From: Eledone cirrhosa | Taxonomy: Eukaryota | DNA: 64,000 nucleotides | Direction of reading: 5' to 3' | Assembly: GCA_964016885.1 (NCBI GenBank) | Contig: OZ024741.1 | Coordinates: 42,966,001-43,030,000, forward strand | In this document: in pieces, positions 14,320 to 27,095 of the stretch | Numbering within the stretch: the stretch's first letter is position 1 | Layout: every line of letters begins with the position of its first letter | Notes under the pieces: generated by a model | Told to the model about the DNA's origin: nothing | The model's database searches: none | Seen by the model: only the letters and a program-made list of their open reading frames with translations | Position numbers and translations under genes: made by a program

Positions 14320-14765
14320 ATATATGTACACAAGCACAATAAAAACAAACACATATAAACACACACTAGTAAACTAAGATAGAATACAATAACCAAAACA
14401 CAGTCACTAACGCGAACCCACACCCCAAACACTATACATGCACACGTAAACGCATGCGCAGAGAAGAAGACAAAAATAAATAAATAAATAAACAGTTATA
14501 ATAGAAATGGTGTAGACATACAATACAACAGGAGGAACATAATAGTACCACTGATGATGTTGCAGACAGAAAGAACTTTCTTAGACTATATATATGTGTT
14601 TATATCTGTATTTTTGACCGTTGGTCAGTCAATGATAAACATTGAGGACCACATGAATTAACATGAAAGATACAGAAGCGAAAACCAACCAAACAGTGAG
14701 TGTGTTTCTGTTATTATTTCTGGCAATATTATTACAACAATATGACCCTCCCCAAGTATAACTAT
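14320..14765 (+). mobile_element. PLE 3' UTR remnant related to the 53243-57123 family, with a degenerate HHR
   Basis: CTGATGA-tgttgcagaca-GAAA-gaac at ~14551-14577. It ends in tgaccctccccaagtataac. Confidence 0.55.
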
Positions 14766-15216
14766 ATCTATATCTATATCTCTCTGTATATATATATATA
14801 CTGAGAGAGAAAGAGAGAGAGAGGAGAGAAAGATAGAGGGGAGATAGAGTAAGGTGCATAGATGTGAAATTAATATGGATGGTTTATGTACTTATACGTT
14901 GAAATATGAACTAGGATTGTTGTAATGACTGTTTTTCCGCTTCCAGCTTCTACGTTAATGAGATACCTTTAATGATGAAACCATGTTTTATCCTTGGTAC
15001 ATAAAATATCCATATTGATTTTAGATATATGCAGGTCTAGATGTACATTTTTATGTGACTAGATTATACTAATTATCTTCTGCTCCAGCCCTGACCTTTC
15101 CTATCTCTAAAACATGAAAGCGTATACAGAGTTATGGATTTTGAATAATATTGAAAAAACATACATGTATACACACTAGAATAGTACTCTCTTTCTCCCC
15201 TTCTCTCTTTCTCTCC

Positions 15217-15290
<74 letters not shown>

Positions 15291-15337
15291 ACACAAAAAC
15301 ACACAAACATATATATACATATATGGATGTTATTTCC

Positions 15338-15414
<77 letters not shown>

Positions 15415-15749
15415 GTATACAACACACATGCACACACACACACAGACACACGCATATATATATATAAATGTACATATATATATTCTTTAGAACATGTTGA
15501 AGGAATCCTAAACGCTAAAATTAATTGTAACAATAGTCGGTTGTTAGATTGCTATAACTAATAGTTTAGAAAATAGTAAAATACATCTAGAGAGAGAAAA
15601 TTGTGGCCCTCAGTCGCTACTAAAACCCACCTTTCTCCATTTATAGGGCTATCTTACTCGATTATATAAGGTATTATTCATAACAATCGATTGTTCTTAC
15701 ATTTATTTTATACGTTTGGGATTCCTACATTTTCTAATGATTTTCAGAT

Positions 15750-16135
15750 TACTCGGCGCTTAAGTTGTATAAAATATCCATCAATCAATACGTCGCTTGC
15801 ACGAAATCCCGTGACTCTCTGTCGCCATCCAATTCGATTCTTTATCATATTTGACAAGTTAGACGGACTACATTTTAAGTTGCCACAAATGTACTTGATA
15901 TAGGTCTTGTTTTGTCGTCCTCTGATAGCCTTTACTTGTGTAGGCTGCCACAAAATAACTTCATTAACAATTTCGTCTTTGGCTCTGCGAATCGAAGTCT
16001 ACATCTTTTGGTGATATCTGGTACTGGACGAAGGTTCATTGGTCAAAAAATCTCTCCAAGTGACATTTTAAGCCACTCTTCGCTTGCCCTTGTAGGTTCC
16101 ATCCAATATTCTTTCAAATGTTGAGGTAACGGTCC
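15750..16135 (-). mobile_element. RTE-type LINE 3' fragment
   Basis: Degenerate translation RLRFA...VILWQPT..RGRQNKTYI resembles the RTE ORF C-terminus also seen at 42152-42540. Confidence 0.55.
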
Positions 16136-17690
16136 ATGCTGATCAGCCATACAACAGAACGAACAAAACATCGTCTCCTCAAACAAAAAAACTCAACCCT
16201 TATGGAAGAAACAACCTAGACATCAGTGGAGAGCCGACCAGGAGGTGTAACTGTCCTGATAGATCTACGTGCCCCCTCAACAACAGATGCCGAGAACGTA
16301 ACGTGATCTACCAGTGCAACGTGAGGACGGACACCTGCAACAAAGCTTATATAGGATTAACCGCTTGTGACTTTAAGACCCGGCTCTACCAACACCGACA
16401 TACTTTCCGAAACCCGGTCCGGCGACATGCCACTACACTTTCGGGCCACATCTGGGACCTCAAAGATAATAATATAACCTACAATCTCACTTGGGGCTTA
16501 CTGTCCAGAGCAAACTCTTAGACGGGATGACGCCGTCTGTGTAACCTATGCTCGGAGGAAACATTACAAATGCTGTTTTCGAAGAACCAACTCCTGAACA
16601 AGAAAGACGAACTGGTAACCGTATGCAAACACAGATTGTGTAGGACTTACCTCGCCCTCAAACCCTATAACGATCCGGGTGGGTAGACAATGGCTGATAC
16701 CACCCACTTGCCGAATAAGTTAGGGGAAACCCTAGCTTACATAGTAGATGTACCTCTTTTATTTTCCTCTATGTTTTCTTCTTCCCCCTGTCTCATCCTA
16801 TCACTTCCTTCCACCCCCGATCTTCTTCCTCGTCTGTTTTTCTCCTTTCGCCTACCCCAATGCAGCCCATCGGGCCTCTGTAGCCTCAGTACCCCTACCC
16901 CTGTAATTTTAAGATAGAATTGTTCGAATAAGCTTTACTAACTATTTATAGCAGATGTGTTAGGCCCCTGTAATATTGTATCATTTTTGTTACTACTGCT
17001 ATTCTAAAATTTCAAAATTTCTTATTTAGTTTTTTCTATTCTCAACTTAACCTGTAATTGTAAGATAGCATTGGCGGACTACGCTTTACTAACTATTTAT
17101 ACCCCTGAAAAGTTTGCATTATATTTTTTCACTACCCACTTTTACTATTTCTTATTTAGTATTTTCCATTCTTAACTTATTAACCTTTTCTATATCTTTG
17201 GCCGTACAAGCAACACCTACTAATTAGAGCAGCTGTTTCTAGACTCGACTGTTTTTTTTGTTTTTTTTATTCATTTCTCATTATCCAATTATATATATAT
17301 ATATATATATATATTTCTTGTTTTTTATATTTCTTTCTATTATGTTTTATTGTCTCCTACTCTCATTTTCTCCAGAACAATATTTCGACTTTTCATACAC
17401 TATCCTTAGAATCTGGTGTATAGATTTCACTTTCAACGCTTGACCGGCTCCTCTTCCTCCCTCATTGTTCTACAGGCAAGTTCAGCCACCCCTACCTCCC
17501 ACCAAATCCCATGATAGACTTATTTGTGTTTAGAACTAATTTTGACCATCCTCTCAATAACTACAATCTTCCCATATAAGGAAGTACCCCTTGACAAGTT
17601 CGGCTATTTATTTACCAAGCTAAAAATTCTAATTTAGTCCAGAAATAGCCGTCGAAACGGCTTGAGCTCTACCGTGGAGGTCATACTTTT
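16136..17690 (+). mobile_element. PLE (Naiad-type) 3' portion: GIY-YIG pseudogene plus 3' UTR with HHR
   Basis: CNCP..CPLNNRC..NVIYQC..AYIGLT..FKTR..HR.TF..TTLSGHIWDLK..CNLC.EE..LLNKK.EL...CKH, with in-frame stops. It ends at (TA)n. Confidence 0.8.
17586..17681 (+). ncRNA. U3-A8 variant hammerhead motif, cleavage triplet mutated
   Basis: acccc-TTGACAA-gttcggctatt...aatagccgtc-GAAA-cgg..ccg-TG-gaggt. Confidence 0.6.
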
Positions 17691-17759
17691 TCATATATAT
17701 ATATATATATAATAAAATATGTGATTATAGTGTAGTCCTTCACTATATATATATATATA

Positions 17760-19176
17760 TATTGTTATACTTTGGGAGGGTCAATAAGAAACACACGCAC
17801 CAGTCGCTTTCACTTCAATTTATTATAATAAATTTATAAATTTAGGAATTTATAAATTTCTGGTTGGTTGGTTGGTTCCACAATCAGATAGTTGTTTATA
17901 TATTGTCAAAGTTCTTTCGTCACACATTCTGTGACCTCTTCAGTGACTGGGGATTCTTTTCTTTGTTTTTGTGCCTATCCTTTGTTCTGTCCTACGCCAT
18001 TTTGTTTCTGTGTGTGTGTTGTGTGCTCAGTCTGCGCATGCGCCACATCCGGGTGTCTGTGTGTGTTTATATTTGTTTATTTATTTGTTTATTTACATGT
18101 TACCGGTTGGTTGTTTGTTCTATGTGTGTGTGTGTTTTCATTTTGTCCTTAATTGTAAGTTGTGATGTTGCTGTTCCACTCATATTTTCTATTTCATTTT
18201 GTAATTTATGTAATTCTTTTATCTTTATTGCCTCTGTGATTTATCTAAACATTGCGTCTTTTCTGTGTGTAGATTCTATTTTTATTTCTATGTTCTCTAA
18301 TTTACCCTTATGTTCTAGTTTAGCATGTTGGTAGAGTACAGATGATTCTTTACTATCTTGAAGGTCTCGCCAGTGTTCATTTATCCGTTCCCCTCCACTA
18401 CGAGCTGTCTCACCTATGTACACTATATTTTTGTCTCTACATTGTCCTTCAGTACATCTCATGCTATACACTACATTTCTAGTTTTACAGTTAATATGGG
18501 GGCTTATTTTACAGGTTATACATTTCCTATCTATACAGGGGGGTCTTTGGAAAGGGTATGTCTTGCTAATAAGTGTTTTTACGGAGGTACCTGGTCTTTC
18601 TACTATCTTAATATTGAGTTTATGTTTATCTAGGGCCCTTCTAAATTTGTAAGCTAATTCACCTCTAAGGGTTGTATCGATGAACATTACACTCTGGTAT
18701 TTATTGCTATCATACCATGAGTTTATTCTATTAGCCTTATTCCTAGTTCTTTCTATTCTATTCCAAAATTTGCTCCTATACAAGGGGCAGGTCCCATTTG
18801 TGTCATTATTTACCATTTTTTCCCATTTGGTTCTGGCTCCTCTATACACTCTGATTTTATCTCTCTGATTGTAGCCAGAGAACTGCATACGGTGGATGAA
18901 GTGTTGTATGTGTCTCTCTAGTTCTTCGGGGTTGCACATGCGGGACACGTTTCTCATCACCCGTACCAAATCCGCAATCAGTATGTTGATTTTGGTATGG
19001 TCCGAAACAGCCGAGTTTTGGTGGATCAGATGTTTGGAAGTCATGAGTTTGGCATAATGGGAATGGAGGATTTGTTTTTTGTTATTAATGGTATCTAACC
19101 AGAGCTCTGTGTCTAGTACAGGTAATCGATGGTTGGGGTGTTTACTTGGGTAGTCTATAGTAAATCTAATACTCAT
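17760..19176 (-). mobile_element. 5'-truncated PLE (same family as 53243-57123): RT thumb, Cys linker, GIY-YIG, 3' UTR
   Basis: The ORF 18241-19278 is nearly identical to the C-terminal half of 54799-56550, with a premature stop after AMFR. The HHR lies at 17905-17947 (-). Confidence 0.9.
17905..17947 (-). ncRNA. Type I hammerhead ribozyme in PLE 3' UTR
   Basis: gtca-CTGAAGA-ggtcac agaatgt gtgac-GAAA-gaac-TT-tgac. Confidence 0.75.
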
Positions 19177-19549
19177 GCTAACCATACTCACACACACACA
19201 CACAACTCCCTCCCCCATTTCTACTAATAGAATCACTTTCCTACACACACACACACAATATATATATATTCTCTCCATCTTAACATGCTAACCATACTCC
19301 CACACACGCATACACACATAACACCCATACACACACACACACATAACACCCATACACAAACACATACATACAACTCCCTCCCCCATTTCTACTAATCATC
19401 TTCCTACACACACACACACAAACACGCACACACACACAAGCACACACATAAACATACATATCTCTACTTTCTTTATTTCAAATAAAAGTCTGAATTCTGA
19501 CACCCCAGCGAACCAGCCATATTCACTGAACCAGAACAATTCTTCCCAT

Positions 19550-20170
19550 CCCATTTCTCTTGACAATTATCTTTTGTTTACCACAAAATTCTCTAAGAGG
19601 CTACAAAACAAATTCCCAAATACGGGCGCGAAAATTAATGAACTTGTTCACGTGACAGTCATAATTTCATTTATAACCAATCAAATTACTTTTTTAAAAA
19701 AGAGCCTTCATGAGCCACTTTTTTTAAGTAAAAAGAAATTCAAACACAAACTGGCGCGAAAGCTGATGTGCTTACTCACGTGACTACATCAGCCAACCAA
19801 ACTTCACTCATATATGAAAGAACATGCTGAGGCCCCCCCTCCCTTGTTTGAAGAACTTTGTAACGCGAACTGGCGCGAAATGTATTATACTTATTCACCA
19901 ACCAATCAAATTACTTCTCTAAAATCCTGGCATATCGAGCCACTTTTTGCCATATAAAACAAGTAACATTCAAAGACTAACCAGATGTGAGAAAAACCAC
20001 AGACCCTCCACTTCAACTCTACTTTTGAAAAGCAGAAGAACTGCGAAACCGGTAAAGGAACCAGATAAATATATATTAAAAAAAAAAAGACTCCAGTTGC
20101 ATTTTCGATTTCATAATTTTTCCTTATATATATATAATGAAATACTGTTGGCTTCTTGCTCACAATAATT
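19550..20170 (+). mobile_element. Non-coding element with E2F/CCAAT/E-box-like motif cluster followed by a U3-A8 HHR
   Basis: Repeated ggcgcgaaa, cacgtga and ccaat motifs. ctt-TTGAAAA-gcag aagaa ctgc-GAAA-ccgg-TA-aag at 20022-20057. The 3' part matches the 57853-58155 palindrome. Confidence 0.7.
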
Positions 20171-20207
20171 TCTATTCTTTTCATTTATATATATATATAT
20201 ATATATA

Positions 20208-20695
20208 TAAATGGAAAAATTGAAACGAAATTTCATTACTAACTCTTAGTACGGCTGATACTTAAATGTAAGTATGTATGTATACGTACATATATATATG
20301 TATACAGACGCACAGTAGTATGTATATATATATACATAGATGCACACATATATATATGTACGTATGGGTTTACCGAACATTTATTATAATGTTCGGTTTG
20401 TTTGTAAACAAATAAACAGCCCGAATTACGCCGTACAGTGTTCAGGCAACCATCGTCGCCCTTTTCGTTCAACACTGACACAGGAGCGATGTACTAAGTT
20501 CAAGCTTATTAGCTATCATCAGCATCGTATACCTTCCTTCCAGATGATTTAACGTCTGAAAGTATATACTTTCCTTATGCATATTAACGGCTGGGGAGCC
20601 TAATTTGCATATCGTGTGAGTTAGCCGGCCGGGCACACCGAAAACGATAAATGGAAAAAATGAAACGAAATTTCATTTCTCACTCTTAGTACGGC
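20208..20695. mobile_element. ~440-bp unit with ~48-bp terminal direct repeat inserted in (TA)n
   Basis: aaatggaaaaa(t)tgaaacgaaatttcatt..cactcttagtacggc at ~20208 and ~20648. Confidence 0.6.
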
Positions 20696-20698
20696 ATC

Positions 20699-20841
<143 letters not shown>

Positions 20842-21081
20842 TGTGTGTGTGTGTGTGTCTGTGTGTGTGTGTGTGTGTGTGTGAGTGTGTGTGTGTGTGT
20901 GTGTGACTAGATTACTCTCTTTTATTTTTTACGGAAGAAAAGATCTCAATCTCGAAATATCAGAACATAAATATAAATTAGGGTAAAAATCATATGACAT
21001 GTTATTTCATCCCACTTGTTTATCCGGCAATTTCACATCGTCGTGACTTTCAAAGCTCGAATTCTCTCACTCTGTCTCCCT

Positions 21082-21120
<39 letters not shown>

Positions 21121-21447
21121 TCCACATAAATTCCTCAATTTAAGAATGACCTGTAGTATCTATTTCATACTATTAACCTTAATTGATTATATATCTGAGC
21201 AGGAATGCTTTTTGTGAAAATCAGTCATATGGAACTATTGTCATCTTGCCTGACGGTTTGAACTTTACAACACCACCTGCCTCTTTGAGGTCAAATACCA
21301 ACCCTACTAGCATCTACAAAATGACCAATGAGAATTAAGACTATTCCTGCTGACAACATTAAATTATTCCTAACAAGCTCATATGTCCCAAGGCTCTGAT
21401 ACCATCAACACTATAAACACAGAGCTGGCATATCTAAGAACTTACTA

Positions 21448-21503
21448 ACTGCCTGATGAGGTCATAGCCATTCAATGGCTATCATCGAAATATATATAGC
21501 AGT
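21448..21503 (+). ncRNA. Type I hammerhead ribozyme
   Basis: actgc-CTGATGA-ggtc atagcca ttcaa tggctat catc-GAAA-tatata-TA-gcagt. The unit ends at (TA)n at ~21535. A second copy lies at 51158-51213 (-). Confidence 0.85.
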
Positions 21504-21531
21504 AAATAAAGGATTATGAGTTCATGCAATT

Positions 21532-21576
<45 letters not shown>

Positions 21577-22469
21577 TGTGTGTCTTTAAGAGGGTATATT
21601 TCTGTGCGTATTTAAGTTTGCTGGCTGCTAATGCCCCGTAACATAGTAGTTCGGCAAATACATATCGTTAGAATATATAGATAAATTGAAAAAAAAAATA
21701 TGTACTGGTATTTTTCTCCTTGACTAAGTCCCTTCAAAGCAATGCCCTGGCATGTCCGCTGTCTGATGATTGATACAAGAAAAAAAAACATTATTTGTAG
21801 CGTTACCTCCAGAAATGAACGTACATTATCATTATATATATAAAGAGAGAGAACAGGCTTCTGTTGACTTCCTGCCCAGAAAATGTCTCTCAGAAGTCAT
21901 TGCTTAACACCAGACTCAGTAGGACCGAACCCCAAACAATGGGGTTTCAAATCAAACTCCTAACCCATACACGTATACACGTTTTTAAAATTATTGAAAA
22001 TGTGTTGAAATAATAACGTTTAGAGTAAAACATTGACACTTAACCATGGAATAAAATAAAATCTAATAAATAAGGTATTACAACTTCGACTGTAGTTCTT
22101 TAAGAAATCATCATCATCATGGTCGCTATCATTATCACGATCCTCATCATCTACCTCGTTATCATCGTCGTCGTTGCCATCATCCTTTTGCCATCATCAA
22201 CACCCCACCACCACGATCATCAACATTCTTTTCACCATCATCAGCATCATCATCATTACCACCATCATCATTATTATCGTCGTTGGTACTGTACCTATGT
22301 TATATATTCCTATATATTCTTGAATATATGTATTTCATCGAATTCTTTTACCTTAGTTTTTTAATTGAATAAAATATTATCGGTTTTCACCATTTACATA
22401 TTTTCAAGGTGTCTTTGACACATTTAACTAATTCCATTACCATTAATATGTTTTTAAATAAATCCATAT

Positions 22470-22790
22470 AATGGTCGGTTCGCAATCTTAAGGTCATGGG
22501 TTCGATCGTATTACTTAGCATCTGGGTAATTGCTATTTTCCATAGCCGTGGATCGAACCAGGCATTGTGAGAGAACATGGATTGGCTTCGTGTAAAATAT
22601 TTTAAAGTCCGTAGAATCAACTGAACGTGTAGTTCAAATAGCATGTCTTGTCAGACCCTGTATCACGCTGAATCTCCCTGAGAATTTCGTTAAGTATACA
22701 TGTAACTGTGAAATGTTCACTCACTTTCTCGAACAGGCAGTTGCATTAATCAAACAACAGGAACATTCATCATGGATACCGACGTAGGTC
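22470..22790 (+). mobile_element. tRNA-derived SINE remnant
   Basis: B-box-like gggttcgatc followed by a body similar to other degenerate copies (minus-strand relatives near 21850-21970 and 28505-28650). Confidence 0.45.
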
Positions 22791-23223
22791 CATTCCAAGA
22801 TATTAGTTGAGATTTGTTATTTTTAATATGGAGGTAGGGTTTATTCATATATGAGAGTCAATTTTTTCGTCATCATATCTTTATTGAAAATGTGGTTTGT
22901 ATACATTGACGTTCTACTGTAGTAGTAAATATGTCCGTGAGGTCACGTGTTCTTTCTCAAAAAGAAGAGGAAGGTCATATCTGGGTTTTGGTGGTTAAAA
23001 TTAAAAGTGTGAACAAAGTAATTAATTCACAATCTCGAAGTAAGCGCTCAACTAGGTTTTCAAACAAACAATAAACAATCAATTAACCAATTAATCAATA
23101 AATCAATGAATTAATTAATTAATTATAAAGGCTCGGAGAAAATCTATACTAAAATAAAGGGAGGATACGTGACAGTGTCCGTTTTATAGTTTTAATCCCG
23201 TTTGTAAAATAAGTTGGATTACT

Positions 23224-23500
23224 TTGAATAAATAATTGTTTCTACTTTTGGCACAAGGCCAGCAATTAACCAGTGTATTACTGGTACTTTATTTTATCGA
23301 CGCCATAATGATGAAAGGTAAAGTTGAATAAATAATTGTTACTACGTTTGGCACAAGGCCAGCAATTACCCAGTGTATTACTGGTACTTTATTTTATCGA
23401 CCCCATAAGGATGAAAGGTAAAGTTGAATAAATAATTGTTTCTACATTTGGCACAAGGCCAGCAATTACCCAGTGTATTACTGGTAAAGTTGAATAAATA
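23224..23500 (-). repeat. Tandem 100-bp duplication (x~2.7) of a SINE internal segment
   Basis: The unit ttgaataaataattgtttctac..ggcacaaggccagcaatt..ctggtactttattttatcgac..gatgaaaggtaaag starts at 23224, 23324 and 23424. Confidence 0.85.
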
Positions 23501-23929
23501 ATGAATAAATATCACATAATTTATGTACTAAATTTCGTAGCTGTTTTATAACATAAATATTCTAATATATAATGATTGCTTATTTTAAGATTCACTTTTT
23601 TTTTTAATTTTCAGATGTCAATACTTCCGGTGTAGATATAACGGATGCTATATCACATGGCTTATATAAACTTTCATATATTTGCATCGTTATATCATAA
23701 CATTTATATTTCCATCGCTAATTTTCTCCTTTTTCGTCTTCATTGCATTTCACGGTAATGCAGTTTATATATAATATCGTCTATTTTAAATGTATCATGG
23801 ATTACTTTACTGATTACAGAAGACAGTGTAACACATTCCCTCATCAATTTCTGTACATATTGTCTACCCGAAGGGTAGTTTTTCTGCTAGTAATAGAAAT
23901 AAAAGAGTATATATATATATATGTATGTA

Positions 23930-24818
23930 AAAGGTAAACAGAAATAACAACACAATCGGTACAGTATATGGAAGGTATATTATTAGGTTAACGCTTGATA
24001 AGAGCAGGAAGAAGATCTTAACGTTTCGGACGCTAATCCTTCATCAGAAGAAAGAATGAGAAATAACATAGATTAAGGGGACGGGCGGGCTCTTATGGCC
24101 ATACAACGAAATGAAATATAAAGGCAACGAGATAAGCATTGATTTATAACAAATATATTGTCGTTCATAATCACAAATAATCAAACATACACGTACACCA
24201 GGTCCTAATACAGTGGAGCTGAACTTCCACAGTCACTGCCTCCATCTCTCTCGCCCTCCCAAACTCTCACTATTTCTACACATCCTTTTTCTACTGCTAT
24301 ATATGTGTGTATGTATATGAAGAAATTCATATACATTTTTGTACAATACCCTTACGTCGGTCAGTTTACGCGCGTGTGCTCATTCTCACATACACACTTT
24401 CACAGCACCCAGCCAGTCACGATCCAACGCCCATATTGCAAACATACAAACACACCTACACGCGCTAGCACACACACGCTCACACATACACATACGCACG
24501 TGCGCATGCACAGATGTCCACCCAAAATATGCGATGATTTCCACCCTTCGTAAACTTCTCTAATGCGGAAGATTCATATTGAGCAGCAAATCACCGCAAT
24601 GGTTGACTGGATACGCATGTGTTTTTTTTTTTTTTTTCTAATTTTCTTCCGTTCACGCTTTATCTTTCTATTTCGTCTTATATTTCTAATTCTATCTTCT
24701 GATGAATGTTTTGTGTCCGAAAAGTTAAGACTAATTTCCTGTTATTTCCAGCGTTAAATTAATATATTTCTTCAATGTACTGTGTTATTTGCTTTGTTAT
24801 TTCTATTTACATTTTCAT
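23930..24818. mobile_element. Older diverged fold-back element with a minimal Penelope-type HHR in each arm
   Basis: 24016-24051 (-): tctt-CTGATGA-aggattagcgtcc-GAAA-cg-TT-aaga. 24695-24730 (+): tctt-CTGATGA-atgttttgtgtcc-GAAA-ag-TT-aaga. Confidence 0.7.
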
Positions 24819-24944
24819 ATACGAACTAATTAACTACCTACCTATGACTTCTGTCCTTTTTCATTGTTCTATGCACACATACACACACATGGACACACCA
24901 CATACTCTCTCACACACACACACACACACACACATACACACACA

Positions 24945-24990
<46 letters not shown>

Positions 24991-25164
24991 TACACACACA
25001 CACACACATATATATATATACATAAGGAAAATAGGATTTGAAAAATCCAATAACTGACATTTTGGTTAATTAGAAAGTTTCTGTCTGAATGCGACAAGTA
25101 ATTTGATGATTATGTATGTATTTGTGTCTTCCCAAGTAGGTCATTACTTTAACCGCCATTAATA

Positions 25165-25260
<96 letters not shown>

Positions 25261-26309
25261 AACGTATCATGTGTGTTTACATATACATACATACCATATC
25301 CGAAGTTACGGTAGAAAGCATTTGACCAATGTGCCACTCTGTGAGACTGAAACCCCAATATCTGTTTCTTTAAAATATAAGGTTGTATTTGTCCAGGTAA
25401 TATAAAAATCAATTTTATTTTAGGTAACGTATGAATAAAATAAATATTCATTTTAATAATCATATTTTTATATTGTCTTTAGATAGAACTGTTCTTTTGA
25501 ATTTGAAAATCTACATTTGTTCCATACTAACAAGATTACCAATTCATGTATTATTCATTTTCTTATATGAATAATTGCTCACTTTGGACACATTTCTCTG
25601 CTGTTCGATTTCCTATATCTTTGACAGAACGAACGATAAGCAAATTTATTGCCAAAGTTGTGAAATTATGCCAATGTTAAAGGAATGATGTGATATTTGT
25701 CAAAACGTTTGATAAAGGAAATACATCATTGATGTTGTAAGACAATGGAAATATCAAGAATATTGCATAGTCAGATATCTATCAGAAAATAGCATACATA
25801 CTAATTTATATTTGTATACATTGACGGGGAATATAGAATACTGGGATGTAAAGGAACTTGCTATAAAGCATAACATAAAGATCTTTGCAAGTAATTCATA
25901 GATGAATGTTCATGTTTTTAGTGAAATGAAAGACCTTAATCACTGTAAAAAAGAATATCAAATAACTCCCATATAGTATAAAAACTATACGCATATAGAT
26001 GCTGCAATGATGTATCATAAAGACAAAGTTATACCGATATGAGGAGACAATTATTATTAAAAATTACATAACATTTTCTGTCATAAAAAAGGCTTTCTTT
26101 GATATATCTTTAGTATTCTTTAAGTACATATACAGACGTAGACCCAGTCTTACGCACGCATACACTTACATGTATGCAACGTGCTTACAGTTTCGATCAC
26201 AGAAAGTTCTATATTTGATAGCATGTGAAACTCATATAGTAGGTATCTCATCATTATACAGTCATACAGAAACATACATACACATATGCGTGCGCGAGTG
26301 TGTGGATAT

Positions 26310-26520
26310 TGGCAGTATCGGGTGAACGTTGGACAAAATACTTTGCGGCATATAGTTATGTCCTTTTACGTTCTGAGATCAAATCTCACCAAGGTTAGCT
26401 TTGCCGTTCATCATGACGAGGTTGATAAAATAAAGTACCAGTAACGTACTGTGGTCGATTTAATTGACTTTCTATTTCCCCAAAATTGATGGCTTTGTGC
26501 CTAAATCAGAAACTATTATT
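26310..26520 (+). mobile_element. tRNA-related SINE with conserved central core
   Basis: Core ctttgccgttcatc..gaggttgataaaataaagtaccag and tail ctttgtgcctaaatcagaaactattatt are shared with many copies in the window. Confidence 0.7.
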
Positions 26521-26689
26521 AATCTTCTTTTTATTAAGTGTCGTTACTCCATTACCAGGAACAGCTCTGTTTGTATTGGATATTTGCAGTATGATGGTGT
26601 TGTTTCTATCGTATTGTGTATTGTGAGTACTCTACATAATATGTGTGCAGTGCGTAATAGTGCTACCTTTTGTAGAATAGTTCTTGTAG

Positions 26690-27095
26690 TGAAAGACAAA
26701 GTGAACGACCATGTGGCTGAAAATTACCGACCATTGACTTCCATGCCAATTATTTGAAAAGATTTGAGTCGATTATTGGGAACAATATGTAGAATCCTCT
26801 CGAAGGGGTGAATCTACGTTAAAATGAGCAGAAAGGGTGGCGTTGAGCGTCCAGTGGAAGAAATGACTAGCTGTTAATTGATAATGTACTGCAAGTGAAC
26901 GAAAAAGAACTTCGCAATGGCTTTCATAGATTACAAGAAAGACTACGACATTGTTCCCACTCTTAGTTAAATGAATCCTTCAACATTTTAGGTGTTTCAG
27001 ATAACATCAAGGAAATACTGTTCAACAATATGGAGCAGTGGAGAACGGAATTGACATCTGGTATTGAACTTCTAACAGACGTTTGCATCAGACGA
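26690..27095 (+). mobile_element. R4/Dong-type (RLE) non-LTR RT fragment
   Basis: Degenerate motifs ENYRPLT, EQKG, QLLID and AFIDYKK.YD.VP. Confidence 0.7.

Noticed and set aside
16519-16530. In-frame TGA in the Naiad-type GIY-YIG region as possible selenocysteine
   Set aside because: It is preceded by an in-frame TAG, does not occupy an obvious conserved Cys position, and I cannot identify a SECIS. Ordinary decay is simpler.
22119-22364. 81-aa ORF with hydrophobic N-terminus and poly-His
   Set aside because: It derives from a degenerate (CAT)n/(CAC)n trinucleotide repeat.
23224-23500. CRISPR-like regular repeats
   Set aside because: Whole 100-bp units are duplicated with no unique spacers. 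The context is eukaryotic and the unit is a SINE segment.
23600-23700. Polypyrimidine-AG acceptor-like sites (also ~59645) as host exons
   Set aside because: No supporting donor, reading frame or homology is visible.
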